Assembly: GCA_014763615.1 (NCBI GenBank)
Contig: JACXVB010000005.1
Location: 20,457-84,456, forward strand
Reading direction: 5' to 3'
Length of the DNA stretch: 64,000 bases
DNA from: Sphingobacteriales bacterium
GTDB lineage: Bacteria; Bacteroidota; Bacteroidia; Sphingobacteriales; Sphingobacteriaceae
Part shown: in pieces, positions 51,075 to 61,525 of the stretch
Layout: each line of letters opens with the position of its first letter
Numbering within the stretch: position 1 is the first letter of the stretch
The notes under the pieces: generated by a model
Told to the model about the DNA's origin: nothing
Databases searched by the model: none
The model's input: only the letters and a program-made list of their open reading frames with translations
Translations under genes and position numbers: made by a program

Positions 51075-51539
51075 TAAATGATGAAGCTAATTTTTTTAGT
51101 ATTTAAAAGTTTTAATTTCAGTTTATAATTTAACTTTTATTTTATTTAAATTATATAAATAACTGATTTTAAATATTATATATTTTTTATTTAAAATCGA
51201 TTGATGAACCAAATATTCGTTTTTTATTCAAAAAATGGACTAAAAGGCCTATTCAATAGGCTTTTTCTTTTTAAAAGAAAGTTAGCTTTTTTATTTGATA
51301 TTTCTGCACACGAAGTAGCTACTTTTTGTTTTTTTTAAATTGAATAATTATTCAATTTCAATGAGAAACTAGGCAAGGAAGAAACTTAAAATTCTGGTTT
51401 ATTTTGAAGCACTTAAATAAAACCTAACTCTTTGTGCAATGAAAAATTAAGGTGTAAGCGCTCTCGCTTTTTTACTGATGGATTGAAATGAGGTGAGGTG
51501 TAGAAGATGAAAATAAACTTACTTAGTGTATTTTATTAA

Positions 51540-52445
51540 TTATCCTAAAGGAAGCTGTTTGTTGAGTTTTCGCTTCTCAATTTTACTTCTTACTATTGGG
51601 AAAAGAAAGATGGCACCCAAAACAATCAGCGCCCCGAGATAAAATCCATTAGTCATTTTTTCATCTTTTCCAAAGATAATCAATGCCAAAATGATGGCAT
51701 AAACAGGCTCTAAATTGGTAATTAAAGCTACTCTAAAAGCACTCAATTCTTTCATTACAGATACTCCTGCAACGTATGCAACGGAAGTGCAAATGGTACC
51801 TAATATCAGTAAATAAATTAAGTCGCTAGGCTTTAAAATCATTTGAGAATCGTAGCCATTTGTAAGGATTAAATAAAGACTTACCCAGAAAAAAGCACCT
51901 ACCATTTCATAAAAACTGATGATTGGAGCGGGTCTGTTTTGTATTTGTTTAGAATTAATGATAGAAAATAAACTCGCACAAATGGCACTTCCTAAGCCCA
52001 TCAGGATGCCTAATTTATACTGTGTTTCGAATTTGAAAATGAGATAAATCCCAAAAATAATGAATAAGCCTACTAAAATTTCAAGCTTTGAAATCTTAGT
52101 TTTCTTTAAAATTGGTTCTAAAATAGCTGTAAATAGCGTGAGCGAAGACAAACATACCATTGCTACAGAAACGGTAGCAGCTTTAATAGAGCCGAAAAAC
52201 AGAATCCAATGCAAGCCAACAATGGCTCCAGTAAAAAATAGTCGGAAAAAGACTTTTCTACTCACCTTAAAATCCGTTTTGGTCCATAGAAAGTACGCGA
52301 GCAATGAAAGCGATGCGATTAATACTCTATACCAGACCAAATGAGCTTCGTTAATTGAAATTAAAGCGCCTAAAATGCCGGTGAAACCCCAAACTAAAAC
52401 GGTAAGGTGTAGAATAAAAAGATTACTTAGACGAGATAATTTCAT
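51540..52445 (-). CDS. DMT/EamA family transporter
   Basis: 10 TM helices, two EamA repeats (WGFTG, LEP, NLEPVY). Confidence 0.9.
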   Translation of the reverse strand: MKLSRLSNLFILHLTVLVWGFTGILGALISINEAHLVWYRVLIASLSLLAYFLWTKTDFKVSRKVFFRLFFTGAIVGLHWILFFGSIKAATVSVAMVCLSSLTLFTAILEPILKKTKISKLEILVGLFIIFGIYLIFKFETQYKLGILMGLGSAICASLFSIINSKQIQNRPAPIISFYEMVGAFFWVSLYLILTNGYDSQMILKPSDLIYLLILGTICTSVAYVAGVSVMKELSAFRVALITNLEPVYAIILALIIFGKDEKMTNGFYLGALIVLGAIFLFPIVRSKIEKRKLNKQLPLG

Positions 52446-52446
52446 A

Positions 52447-53541
52447 CTATTTAGGGGCTTTAATAGCCAAAATTACACCTATGGCTCCAAATATCACGTT
52501 TGGAATTAAAACAGCAATTAAAGCAGGTAAACCACCCTTAAGCGCAAAAACATTTGCAAACTGTATCAGAAGAATGTATAAAAAGCTCATAGCTATCCCA
52601 ATCCCTAATGGAAGCCCAACTCCTCCTCTCACTTTTCTTGATGATAGTGCTACACCAATTAATGTTAGTACGTAAGTTGAGAAAGGATATGTCCATCTTT
52701 TATATTTCTCTAATTCCAGATTTACCATAATCCCAGAACCTCTAATTTTTTCTTTCTCAATCTTTAAATTGAGTTCCTTATAGCTCATGGCAGAATAAAT
52801 ATTATCTCTTACATCAAAATCTAAAGGTCTCATATCTAGTGTAGTGTCTTTTTCAAGCCCACTTACCATGTGCTCTTTTAATCCGTTTACCTGTCTAATG
52901 GTATAATTAAAAATCTTCCATTTATGCGCTACAGAATCCCATGAAATCCTATCAGACATGAGCTTAGATTTCATTTCCTCTCCATCAAATTTTTCTAAAG
53001 AAAAGCGATAGCCAATATTGTTTTTATTATCAAAAGATTCCATATATACATAAGTATGTGGGTCTAATTTGATGTGCACATTGTTTCGGGTGTTATCGTT
53101 GTTTTCTAGATAGGTGTTTTCGAAATTGGTTTTCAAACGATTAGTTTCCGGAATGATGAGCTGATTGAAAATCATACTCACTATAAAAATGAGTGTTGAA
53201 GCCAGAAAATAAGGACGCAAAAAGCGATTAAAACTGGCTTTTCCGCATAAAATTGGAACAATTTCAGTTTGATCAGCCATTTTTGCAGTAAAGAATATGA
53301 CAGCAATAAAGTTGATGAGTGGTGATAAAAAGTTGAGGTAAAAAGGAATAAATCCACCATAATATTGAAACACAATTTCATTAATTGTGGCATTGCTTTT
53401 TAAAAAATCGTCTAATTTTTCGGAGATATCAAAAACAACAGAAATGACCGTAAAAATAGCCAGTGTAAAAAAGAAAGTACCTAAGTATTTCTTGATGATA
53501 TACCAGTCTATAATTTTAATGTATCGGTCTAAAAATTTCAT
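52447..53541 (-). CDS. LptF/LptG LPS export permease
   Basis: IDWYIIKKYL, TEIVPILCG, ALSSRKVRGG; 3+3 TM layout with a periplasmic domain. Confidence 0.9.
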   Translation of the reverse strand: MKFLDRYIKIIDWYIIKKYLGTFFFTLAIFTVISVVFDISEKLDDFLKSNATINEIVFQYYGGFIPFYLNFLSPLINFIAVIFFTAKMADQTEIVPILCGKASFNRFLRPYFLASTLIFIVSMIFNQLIIPETNRLKTNFENTYLENNDNTRNNVHIKLDPHTYVYMESFDNKNNIGYRFSLEKFDGEEMKSKLMSDRISWDSVAHKWKIFNYTIRQVNGLKEHMVSGLEKDTTLDMRPLDFDVRDNIYSAMSYKELNLKIEKEKIRGSGIMVNLELEKYKRWTYPFSTYVLTLIGVALSSRKVRGGVGLPLGIGIAMSFLYILLIQFANVFALKGGLPALIAVLIPNVIFGAIGVILAIKAPK

Positions 53542-54671
53542 TAAAGTTTTTGTCCTAAAACCTGAGTCATTTTGTTTTTCCAGTCATAAAAATCACCAGA
53601 AATAATTTTTTCTCTGGCCGTATTTACCAACCAAAGATAGAAATGCAGATTGTGAAGTGTTGCTATCTGAGCTCCTAATATTTCTTTAGAATGAATTAAA
53701 TGCCTTAAATAGGCCTTTGAATAATGTAAATCTGAAAATAAATCACTGTCTTCATCTACGGGCGAAAAATCATTTTTCCACTTTTCATTTTTGATATTGA
53801 TAACGCCATTTTTAGTAAAAAGCATACCGTTTCTAGCATTTCTTGTGGGCATTACGCAATCAAACATATCAATTCCTAAGGCTATATTTTCTAACAAGTT
53901 GATAGGCGTACCAACACCCATCAAATATCTTGGCTTATCTTCAGGTAAAATATTGCATACTACTTCTGTCATGGCGTACATTTCTTCTGCTGGTTCGCCA
54001 ACAGATAGGCCGCCAATGGCATTTCCTTCTCTATTTTGTGCAGCTATAAACTCTGCCGATTTTATTCTTAAATCCTTATAAACCGAGCCCTGTACAATTG
54101 GAAATAAGGTTTGCGAGTAGCCATAATGAGGTGTGGTTTCATCAAATCTGTTGATACAACGTTTTAACCAGCGATGTGTCATATCTACAGATCTTCTGGC
54201 ATAATGATAATCACAAGGGTAGGGTGTGCACTCATCAAAAGCCATAATGATATCAGCACCAATGGTTCTTTGGATATCCATTACATTTTCTGGCGTAAAT
54301 AAATGTTTGGAACCATCAATGTGCGATTTAAAGGTGACACCTTCTTCTTTAATTTTCCGAACTTCAGTTAACGAATACACTTGGTAGCCACCACTATCTG
54401 TTAAAATAGGCCTATCCCATCCGTTAAATTTATGTAATCCTCCGGCAGCTTTTAAAGTTTCCAATCCGGGTCTGAGGTATAAATGATAAGTATTACCTAA
54501 TATAATTTGCGCTTCAATATCTTCTTTTAGCTCACGCTGATGTACTGCTTTAACCGATCCGGCTGTTCCCACAGGCATAAAAATAGGGGTTTGTATTTCT
54601 CCATGGTCTGTAATGAGGGTACCGGCTCTCGCTTTTGAAAAAGCATCTTTAGCAGCTAAATTAAATTTCAT
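53541..54671 (-). CDS. tgt: Queuine tRNA-ribosyltransferase
   Basis: FMPVGT, TDSGGYQ, GGLSVGE, DMFDCVMPTR. Confidence 0.97.
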   Translation of the reverse strand: MKFNLAAKDAFSKARAGTLITDHGEIQTPIFMPVGTAGSVKAVHQRELKEDIEAQIILGNTYHLYLRPGLETLKAAGGLHKFNGWDRPILTDSGGYQVYSLTEVRKIKEEGVTFKSHIDGSKHLFTPENVMDIQRTIGADIIMAFDECTPYPCDYHYARRSVDMTHRWLKRCINRFDETTPHYGYSQTLFPIVQGSVYKDLRIKSAEFIAAQNREGNAIGGLSVGEPAEEMYAMTEVVCNILPEDKPRYLMGVGTPINLLENIALGIDMFDCVMPTRNARNGMLFTKNGVINIKNEKWKNDFSPVDEDSDLFSDLHYSKAYLRHLIHSKEILGAQIATLHNLHFYLWLVNTAREKIISGDFYDWKNKMTQVLGQKL

Positions 54672-54790
54672 TTACCTTGTAATTATTCGAGCGGCAAAAA
54701 TAGTAATTTTTAATCCCTTAGATTTAAGTATTTTCTTGTGTTTGTTTGATTTTAACCTAATTTTGGGAATTTGAAATTTAATTTATCGCT

Positions 54791-55915
54791 TTGATTGGTC
54801 TTGTCTATTACCTTATCTTTATTTCATTTCTTTTAGCTTTCTTTATTCAGTTGTACTTTTTATGGTTTGTACAAAGGAAACTTTCCAATTATCAGCCAGA
54901 AGAAAGGCAAACAGCAAAGAAAATATTGCCTGTTTCTGTTATTATTTGTGCAAGAAATGAAGCGGAAAATCTAGCAAAAAATCTAGAAAAAGTGCTGCAA
55001 CAAGATTATCCAGACTTTGAGGTAATTGTGGTGAACGATTGCTCCTCAGACCGTAGCGATGATGTTTTAAGAGATTTCCAAGAGCGATATCAGCACCTGA
55101 AAGTAGTTAAAATTGAGGAACATCCGAGATATAAAACAGCGAAAAAATTTGCTGCAACTTTAGGGATAAAAGCTGCCAGCCATGAAATTTTGATTTTTAC
55201 AGATGCAGATTGTGAGCCAGCAAGTTCTTCATGGATTGAGATTATGGCTTCTCATTATCAAAACAATGAAACTGAAATTGTTTTGGGCTACTCGCCATAT
55301 TTTAAAGAGCGTGGTTTTTTGAATAAATTAATCAGATATGAGACTTTTCAAACGGCGTTAAATTATTTCTCTTTCGCACTTTACGGGATGCCTTATATGG
55401 GTGTAGGAAGAAATTTGTCTTACAAAAAGTCACTATTTTTTAAAGGGAAAGGTTTTGCAGCGCACATGCACATCCCTTCTGGTGATGATGATTTATTTGT
55501 GAATCAAAATGCAACTGCACAAAATGTAGCTATTGAAGTTAGGGAAGATGCACAGGTTTGGAGTACGCCAAAAGGCACTTGGAAAGCTTATTGGCAACAA
55601 AAATTAAGGCATATTGGAGCGGGTAAAATTTATAAAAAGCAACATAAGGTTTACCTCAGTTTGCAAGCGAGCTCAGCTATTTGCTTTTATGCATTAGGGT
55701 TTACTGGTCTAATTTTAAGCATAGAACCTTACTTCTTATTAGGGGCTTTCCTGTTGCGTTTTTTAATCCAATTTTATATTTTTTACAAACCTGTTGGCAG
55801 ATTTCAAAATAAAGATTTATTATGGTGGTTTATATTGTTAGATCCTTTTTATTATATTTATTTAACAGGCTTAAATGTGGTAGGCTTATTTAGCAAAAAG
55901 ATTTCATGGAAGTAA
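54791..55915 (+). CDS. Membrane GT2 glycosyltransferase
   Basis: SVIICARNE, FTDADC, SGDDDLF, QKLRH. Confidence 0.88.
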   Translation: MIGLVYYLIFISFLLAFFIQLYFLWFVQRKLSNYQPEERQTAKKILPVSVIICARNEAENLAKNLEKVLQQDYPDFEVIVVNDCSSDRSDDVLRDFQERYQHLKVVKIEEHPRYKTAKKFAATLGIKAASHEILIFTDADCEPASSSWIEIMASHYQNNETEIVLGYSPYFKERGFLNKLIRYETFQTALNYFSFALYGMPYMGVGRNLSYKKSLFFKGKGFAAHMHIPSGDDDLFVNQNATAQNVAIEVREDAQVWSTPKGTWKAYWQQKLRHIGAGKIYKKQHKVYLSLQASSAICFYALGFTGLILSIEPYFLLGAFLLRFLIQFYIFYKPVGRFQNKDLLWWFILLDPFYYIYLTGLNVVGLFSKKISWK

Positions 55916-56520
55916 ATCCGAATTTTTCAGATAACGCTAAAAACGACTTCAGCTATGTAGAAAGAGCAAAAGCTGGAGATCAAAAAGCTTATGCCGAGTT
56001 GATGCAGCGCTATAAGGATTCTATCTATTTTATGGTATTAAAAATGGTGAATAATAAGGATGATGCCATGGATATCACTGTCACTACCTTCGCCAAAGCT
56101 TTTGAGAATTTAGAGAAATACCGTCCGGATTTTGCTTTTAGCACTTGGTTGTTCAGAATTGCCACAAATGGGAGTATCGATTTTATCAGAAAGAAAAAAA
56201 TTCAGACTACTTCTATTGATGGTTTTAAAGACAGCGATGGTGAAGAAAAAATCTTTGAGATTAAAAGCGATGTTTTAAATCCTGAAGAAAGTTCCATCAA
56301 AAAGCAACAAACTGAGCAATTAAAAGAAATTATTGATCGTTTGCCTAATCGGTATAAAACTTTAATAACCCTAAGATATTTTGATGAGCTTTCTTATGAA
56401 GAAATTGCTCAACAATTAGATTTACCTTTAGGAACCGTTAAAGCACAATTATTTAGGGGGAGAGACCTCTTATCCAATATTTTAAACCGAAGAAAGAAAA
56501 GCCCTAGTAGTGACTTCTAA
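55906..56520 (+). CDS. ECF RNA polymerase sigma factor
   Basis: Region 2 TFAKAF and FSTWLFRIA; region 4 SYEEIA and GTVKAQLFRG. Confidence 0.93.
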   Translation: MEVNPNFSDNAKNDFSYVERAKAGDQKAYAELMQRYKDSIYFMVLKMVNNKDDAMDITVTTFAKAFENLEKYRPDFAFSTWLFRIATNGSIDFIRKKKIQTTSIDGFKDSDGEEKIFEIKSDVLNPEESSIKKQQTEQLKEIIDRLPNRYKTLITLRYFDELSYEEIAQQLDLPLGTVKAQLFRGRDLLSNILNRRKKSPSSDF

Positions 56521-57142
56521 AATAGTTCAAAAATATTTCCCTCAACTCAACGCTCATCAAATTCAACAATTTGATCAACTTTTTGAGTTGTACCAATATT
56601 GGAATTCGCAAATCAATGTGATTAGTCGTAAAGATATTGATTTATTATACGAGCGCCATATCCTGCACTCTTTGGGCATTGCAAAAGTTTGCACTTTTAA
56701 AGCAGGAGCACAAGTTTTAGATGTAGGCACAGGCGGTGGTTTTCCGGGGATTCCATTGGCTATTTTATTTCCCGACACGCAGTTTTTATTGGTTGATTCT
56801 ATCGGTAAAAAAATCAAAGTGGTAAATGAAGTTGCTCAAGCCATTGGTTTACAAAATTTAAAAGCGGTACACAGTAGGGCAGAACAAGTCCATCAAAACT
56901 TTGATTTTATTATTTCTAGAGCTGTAACACAACTCCATGATTTTTATCCTTGGGTAAGAGGAAAATTTAAGAAAGAATCTATTCATTCTATGCCTAATGG
57001 AGTGCTTTATTTAAAAGGAGGAGATTTATCTGAAGAGCTAAAAGCCTCTAAATTAAAGTACATACAACTCTATCCGCTTAAAGATTATTTTGAAGAGGAA
57101 TTTTTTGATACCAAATTTGTTGTTTATTTTCCCGCTCAATAA
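56510..57142 (+). CDS. rsmG: 16S rRNA m7G527 methyltransferase
   Basis: INVISRKD, HILHSL, DVGTGGGFPG, SRAV, LKGG. Confidence 0.95.
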   Translation: MTSKIVQKYFPQLNAHQIQQFDQLFELYQYWNSQINVISRKDIDLLYERHILHSLGIAKVCTFKAGAQVLDVGTGGGFPGIPLAILFPDTQFLLVDSIGKKIKVVNEVAQAIGLQNLKAVHSRAEQVHQNFDFIISRAVTQLHDFYPWVRGKFKKESIHSMPNGVLYLKGGDLSEELKASKLKYIQLYPLKDYFEEEFFDTKFVVYFPAQ

Positions 57143-57186
57143 AGCTGATTCCTAAGACATTAATAGCTTAGTTCAGTTGATTTACG

Positions 57187-58287
57187 ATGAAAAATATGCA
57201 GAATGAATTAGCCCTAACCATGATAAAGGGGATTGGTGATATTACCATCCGAAATTTGATTTCTCGTTTTGGTACGGCAGAAGATATTTTTAAAGCTAAA
57301 AGGCATCAATTAGAAGCCATTCCAGGAATTGGTGCTAAAACAGCAGAACTGATTATCAATCATAGTTCTTTTGAAAGAGCAGAGAAAGAGCTCGGATTCA
57401 TAGAAAAATATAAAATACAACCTCTTTTTATCACTTCAGAAGCCTATCCAAAAAGGTTAAGAAACTGTGTAGATGCACCCGTTTTACTATATTTTAAAGG
57501 TAAAGCTAATTTAAATCAGCAAAAAGTGGTGGCGGTTGTGGGTACTAGAAACGCAACGTCTTACGGAAAAGCACTTTGCGAGGAATTAATGGCCGGCTTA
57601 CAATATCATGGGGTTTTGGTAGTCAGTGGTTTGGCCTATGGCATTGATGTAGCAGCACATCAAGCGGCTTTGCATCAACAATTACCTACAATAGGAGTTT
57701 TAGGTCATGGTTTGGATCGAATTTATCCGGCGGTTCACCGCAAAGTTGCGGAGCAAATGTTGGCTAATGGAGGTTTGCTAACCGAATTTCCTTCTGAAAC
57801 AAATCCAGATCGTCCAAATTTTCCAAAAAGGAATAGAATTATTGCTGGAATGGCAGATGCAGTAGTGGTGGTTGAGGCTACCAGAACAGGAGGGGCATTG
57901 ATTACCGCAGAAATTGCTAATTCTTACAACAAAGATGTTTTTGCCGTTCCAGGTAGAATAAATGATGAATTTTCTGATGGTTGTAACTTCTTGATTAAAA
58001 CCAATAGAGCAAATATGCTGACTAGAGCTGAGGATTTAGAATATATCATGGGTTGGTTTGATGGAATTACACCAAAAAGAACCCAAACTCCTGAATTACC
58101 TTTGAATTTAAATACCGATGAGCAAAAGATTGTGGAAGCAATAAAGCAAGCTGAAGCAATTGCAATTGATGATTTACAGATTAAATTGGGAATGCAGCAA
58201 AGCAAATTAGCAATGACCTTATTAGATCTTGAAATGCAATCGATTATTGTTTCTCTACCCGGAAAAATTTATAGAATTAATAGGTAA
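57187..58287 (+). CDS. dprA: DNA-processing protein DprA
   Basis: VVGTRN, VSGLAYGID, FPKRNRII, SGAL-like GGALITA; winged-helix C-terminus. Confidence 0.95.
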   Translation: MKNMQNELALTMIKGIGDITIRNLISRFGTAEDIFKAKRHQLEAIPGIGAKTAELIINHSSFERAEKELGFIEKYKIQPLFITSEAYPKRLRNCVDAPVLLYFKGKANLNQQKVVAVVGTRNATSYGKALCEELMAGLQYHGVLVVSGLAYGIDVAAHQAALHQQLPTIGVLGHGLDRIYPAVHRKVAEQMLANGGLLTEFPSETNPDRPNFPKRNRIIAGMADAVVVVEATRTGGALITAEIANSYNKDVFAVPGRINDEFSDGCNFLIKTNRANMLTRAEDLEYIMGWFDGITPKRTQTPELPLNLNTDEQKIVEAIKQAEAIAIDDLQIKLGMQQSKLAMTLLDLEMQSIIVSLPGKIYRINR

Positions 58288-58794
58288 TTATTCATTATCC
58301 TGAATGTTTTTGGGGAAATCGTAAAGAACCATTTCTCCGTTAGCTTTACTCACCATTGCCCAGTCATCAAAAGGGAAGGAGATGAGTACCATTCCACAGG
58401 TTGGAATATTAAAAATATCTTTATCGGTTAAATAAACAGCTAAATCTGTGATTCCATTATTGTGACCAAATAAGGCAATGAAATCAGAACCATTATCAAA
58501 ACTGTTTACTAATTTTAGTAATTGACTACAAGTAGCATCATAAATGGATTTATTGGTTTGGATGGCTTCCGTAGGAAAATTTATCTCTTGGCAAACCAGT
58601 TTTGCGGTGCTCAGTGCTCTTGTGGCAGGACTAGAAATCACCATTTCAGGTTTTATTTTTAGCGCTTTTAAGCGCTTTCCCATTGCCGGAGCATCTACTA
58701 AACCTCTGCTATTTAATGGCCGATTAAAATCGCTCATATCGGCATTAGCCCAATCAGACTTGGCATGTCGAAAAATTAGTAACTGTTTACTCAT
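58288..58794 (-). CDS. SixA-like histidine phosphatase
   Basis: RHAKS, DFNRPL, SSPATRA, FGHN. Confidence 0.85.
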   Translation of the reverse strand: MSKQLLIFRHAKSDWANADMSDFNRPLNSRGLVDAPAMGKRLKALKIKPEMVISSPATRALSTAKLVCQEINFPTEAIQTNKSIYDATCSQLLKLVNSFDNGSDFIALFGHNNGITDLAVYLTDKDIFNIPTCGMVLISFPFDDWAMVSKANGEMVLYDFPKNIQDNE

Positions 58795-59773
58795 AATTTA
58801 TAAAATCAGCGATTTTCTGTTCATCAATATCATTCATACATTTAAAATGCCCTTTCGGACAGCTGGCCAAGCCAAATTTCGAACATGGACGACAATCTAA
58901 ATCCACATCAGCTTCATAATGTGTATCTACCAAATAAGGTTGTACGCCCAATAATTCAGGAACGGTACTGCCCCAAATAGTTACTAATCTTTTGTTGAAC
59001 GCTTCTGCTATGTGCGTTAAACCAGTATCAAATCCAACCACAAAAGCGGCGTTTTTCACCACAGTTACCGAGTCGTTTAAACTTATCTGACCCGTTAAGT
59101 TGAGCACATCCTTCTTCGAGTCGGCAGAAATTATTTCTGCATTTTGTAAAACATCTTTTCCACCTAAGAGAATTACGGGATATTTTATGTTTTGGATGGT
59201 CTCCACAACCTTATAATTGGGCATTCTTTTAGTAAAGTGGGTTGCTCCAATAATAAAAGCTACGTATGGTTCTTGATAATGAGTGGGAAGAATATTTTCT
59301 ATGGAACTGGTTTTTTCAGGCAAAAAATAATCAATGGGTTGATGATCGTTTTCTACACCCAAAAATGCAACCGTTTTTAAATAACGATCTACCAAATGGT
59401 CTGGCTTTATTTTATTGATTTTCCACTTGATGGCTAACCATTTTTTAAATCTTTCTTTCTGATAAGTGGATGATTTAACACCCAGCTGAATTTTTACTAA
59501 AAGCGATCTTAGGCTATTATGTAAATCAATCACATAATCAAATTGCTCTGCTTTCAGCTCTTTGATAGTATCTGATAATTTTGGTTTTAATAAATGTAAC
59601 TGATTTATATAAGGATTTTCATCTAACAGGAACTTAAAATTGCTTTTAGTGAGGTAATGAATTTCTGCATTTTCGAGTTGTTTTTTTAAACAACGAACCA
59701 CAGGAGAGGTATAAATAATATCTCCCATTGAGCTAAAACGGATCACTAATATTTTTATTGGTGCTTTTTTCAA
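58787..59773 (-). CDS. GT9 glycosyltransferase (LPS heptosyltransferase-like)
   Basis: IRFSSMGD, DLHNSLRS, DTGLTHIA, CRPCSKFG. Confidence 0.9.
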   Translation of the reverse strand: MKKAPIKILVIRFSSMGDIIYTSPVVRCLKKQLENAEIHYLTKSNFKFLLDENPYINQLHLLKPKLSDTIKELKAEQFDYVIDLHNSLRSLLVKIQLGVKSSTYQKERFKKWLAIKWKINKIKPDHLVDRYLKTVAFLGVENDHQPIDYFLPEKTSSIENILPTHYQEPYVAFIIGATHFTKRMPNYKVVETIQNIKYPVILLGGKDVLQNAEIISADSKKDVLNLTGQISLNDSVTVVKNAAFVVGFDTGLTHIAEAFNKRLVTIWGSTVPELLGVQPYLVDTHYEADVDLDCRPCSKFGLASCPKGHFKCMNDIDEQKIADFINYE

Positions 59774-61458
59774 ACTCTAATTTTAGCCTTTCTTTCTACG
59801 AAATATGAACTAATTTGTTGAAGATTTAATGAATTAAAGCATTGTTCTGCAGTTAATCCTCCTTTTCTGGCTACATAAATGCCATATTGCATGTCGATAA
59901 AACCTTCATTTCTATGGGCGTCTGGGTTAATGGAAAGCATTACGCCTTTTTCTAAAGCATATTGATGCCAACGCCAATCTAAATCTAATCTTAGTGGGTT
60001 TGCATTAATCTCAATCACCACTTTATTAGCGGCACAAGCATCAATTATCTTTTTAAAATCTAATGGATAACCGCTTCTACTCAATAACAATCTACCTGTA
60101 GGATGACCTAAAATGGTGGTGAACGGATTTTCTATAGCATTAATCAATCTTTGCGTAGCTTTTTCTTCGTCCATTTTTAAATTGGAGTGAATCGAAGCTA
60201 CTACAAAATCAAATTTTTCTAATATTTCATCCGGATAATCTAAACTTCCATCACCTAAAATATCTGATTCAATACCTTTAAAGATTTTAAAAGGAGCTAA
60301 TTTTTTATTGAGATGATCAATCTCTTCATGTTGTTGCAAAACTCTTTCAATACTTAAACCACTGGCATAAACTGCGGTTTTAGAATGGTCGCACATTCCT
60401 AAATAACTCAATCCTAACTCATCTCTGCAATATAAAGCCATTTCTTCTATGCTGTGTACGCCATCACTCCAAGTACTATGGTTGTGTAGCGTACCTTTTA
60501 AATCAGAATAAGTAATCAGTTTGGGTAATTGACGGCTTTTTGCCCATTCCAACTCCTGATGATTTTCTCTTAGTTCAGGTTCGATAAAGTCTAATCCTGC
60601 GGTATCATAAATTTCTTTTTCTGAGGTATAATTTTGTTGATTTTTGATGAGATTTTTAACTTTCTCTACATGTTCTTCACTTCCGGTGGTTTCAAAAAGC
60701 TTCCAAGCGGCTTCTTCTGGACTAGAGAAAAAGCATTTTAAGGTAATGCCATTTTTATCTTTTAATTCGAGATAATCTTTACTTTCTGATATCAAATCAA
60801 ACTCATCGCTTAATAAAACGGATGAATGTATAGGAGAAGAACTGATGAGTAAATAGGTTAAATCCTCTATAATTTCGCACTTTCTTCTAAAATCTCCTGA
60901 AATAATTACAGATGCATTTTTATCATTTTTTTGGAGGAGAGTTTGGAAATGTTGGGCATAATCTGCTGCAAGGTTTTCTATTTTAGCAAATAAAAATCTT
61001 CCTGCATTTGCCATTTTAAACTCAATAGCTTTTTTAATTTCCTCTTGAGTTTTTAAACCGAAACCCTTCGCTTCAATTAATCGGTTTTCATTGCAAGCAT
61101 AATAAAGTTCTCCAATGTTTTCTATGCCTAACTCATTCCAAATAATTTCAATTTTTTTCGGACCTAGACCTTTGATGCTCAGCATTTCGATAATCCCTTC
61201 GGGTGTTTGGGCAATCAATTGGTTAAGTTCTGCTAAAGTGCCACTTTGCAAAAGCTCGGTGATTTTTGCAGCGGTACTTTTGCCAATTCCATCAATAGTT
61301 TCCAGCTCTTGTGGGCTTTTATCTTTTAATTTAAAAGGCAATTTATCCACTTTAAAAGAGGCATTTGCGATAGATTTTATTTTAAAAGGATTCTCCTGAT
61401 GCAGCTCCATTAATTGAGAGAGCAACTTTAAGGTTCTTGAAATTTCCTTGTTTTCCAT
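59770..61458 (-). CDS. PolX-like DNA polymerase/PHP 3'-5' exonuclease (start ATG 61458; the track TTG lies within the sppA terminator)
   Basis: ENPFKIKS, HhH motifs GIGKS and GLGPKK, GDFRR; PHP motifs HNHSTWSDG, DHSK, HPTGR, NPDAH. Confidence 0.9.
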   Translation of the reverse strand: MENKEISRTLKLLSQLMELHQENPFKIKSIANASFKVDKLPFKLKDKSPQELETIDGIGKSTAAKITELLQSGTLAELNQLIAQTPEGIIEMLSIKGLGPKKIEIIWNELGIENIGELYYACNENRLIEAKGFGLKTQEEIKKAIEFKMANAGRFLFAKIENLAADYAQHFQTLLQKNDKNASVIISGDFRRKCEIIEDLTYLLISSSPIHSSVLLSDEFDLISESKDYLELKDKNGITLKCFFSSPEEAAWKLFETTGSEEHVEKVKNLIKNQQNYTSEKEIYDTAGLDFIEPELRENHQELEWAKSRQLPKLITYSDLKGTLHNHSTWSDGVHSIEEMALYCRDELGLSYLGMCDHSKTAVYASGLSIERVLQQHEEIDHLNKKLAPFKIFKGIESDILGDGSLDYPDEILEKFDFVVASIHSNLKMDEEKATQRLINAIENPFTTILGHPTGRLLLSRSGYPLDFKKIIDACAANKVVIEINANPLRLDLDWRWHQYALEKGVMLSINPDAHRNEGFIDMQYGIYVARKGGLTAEQCFNSLNLQQISSYFVERKAKIRV

Positions 61459-61474
61459 GGTCTGCAATTTAGCC

Positions 61475-61506
61475 AAAAAAGCCCATTGAGTTCATCAACG
61501 GGCTTT
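61475..61506 (-). terminator. Terminator-like hairpin after sppA
   Basis: aaagcccattga/tcaacgggcttt imperfect stem with a T-run on the minus strand. Confidence 0.6.
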
Positions 61507-61525
61507 AATTTATTTTTAATGAGAT

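Noticed and set aside
51075-51539. 465-bp AT-rich spacer as a possible ncRNA or riboswitch
   Set aside because: Only a terminator-like hairpin (about 51242-51267) is evident; no recognisable riboswitch or ORF.
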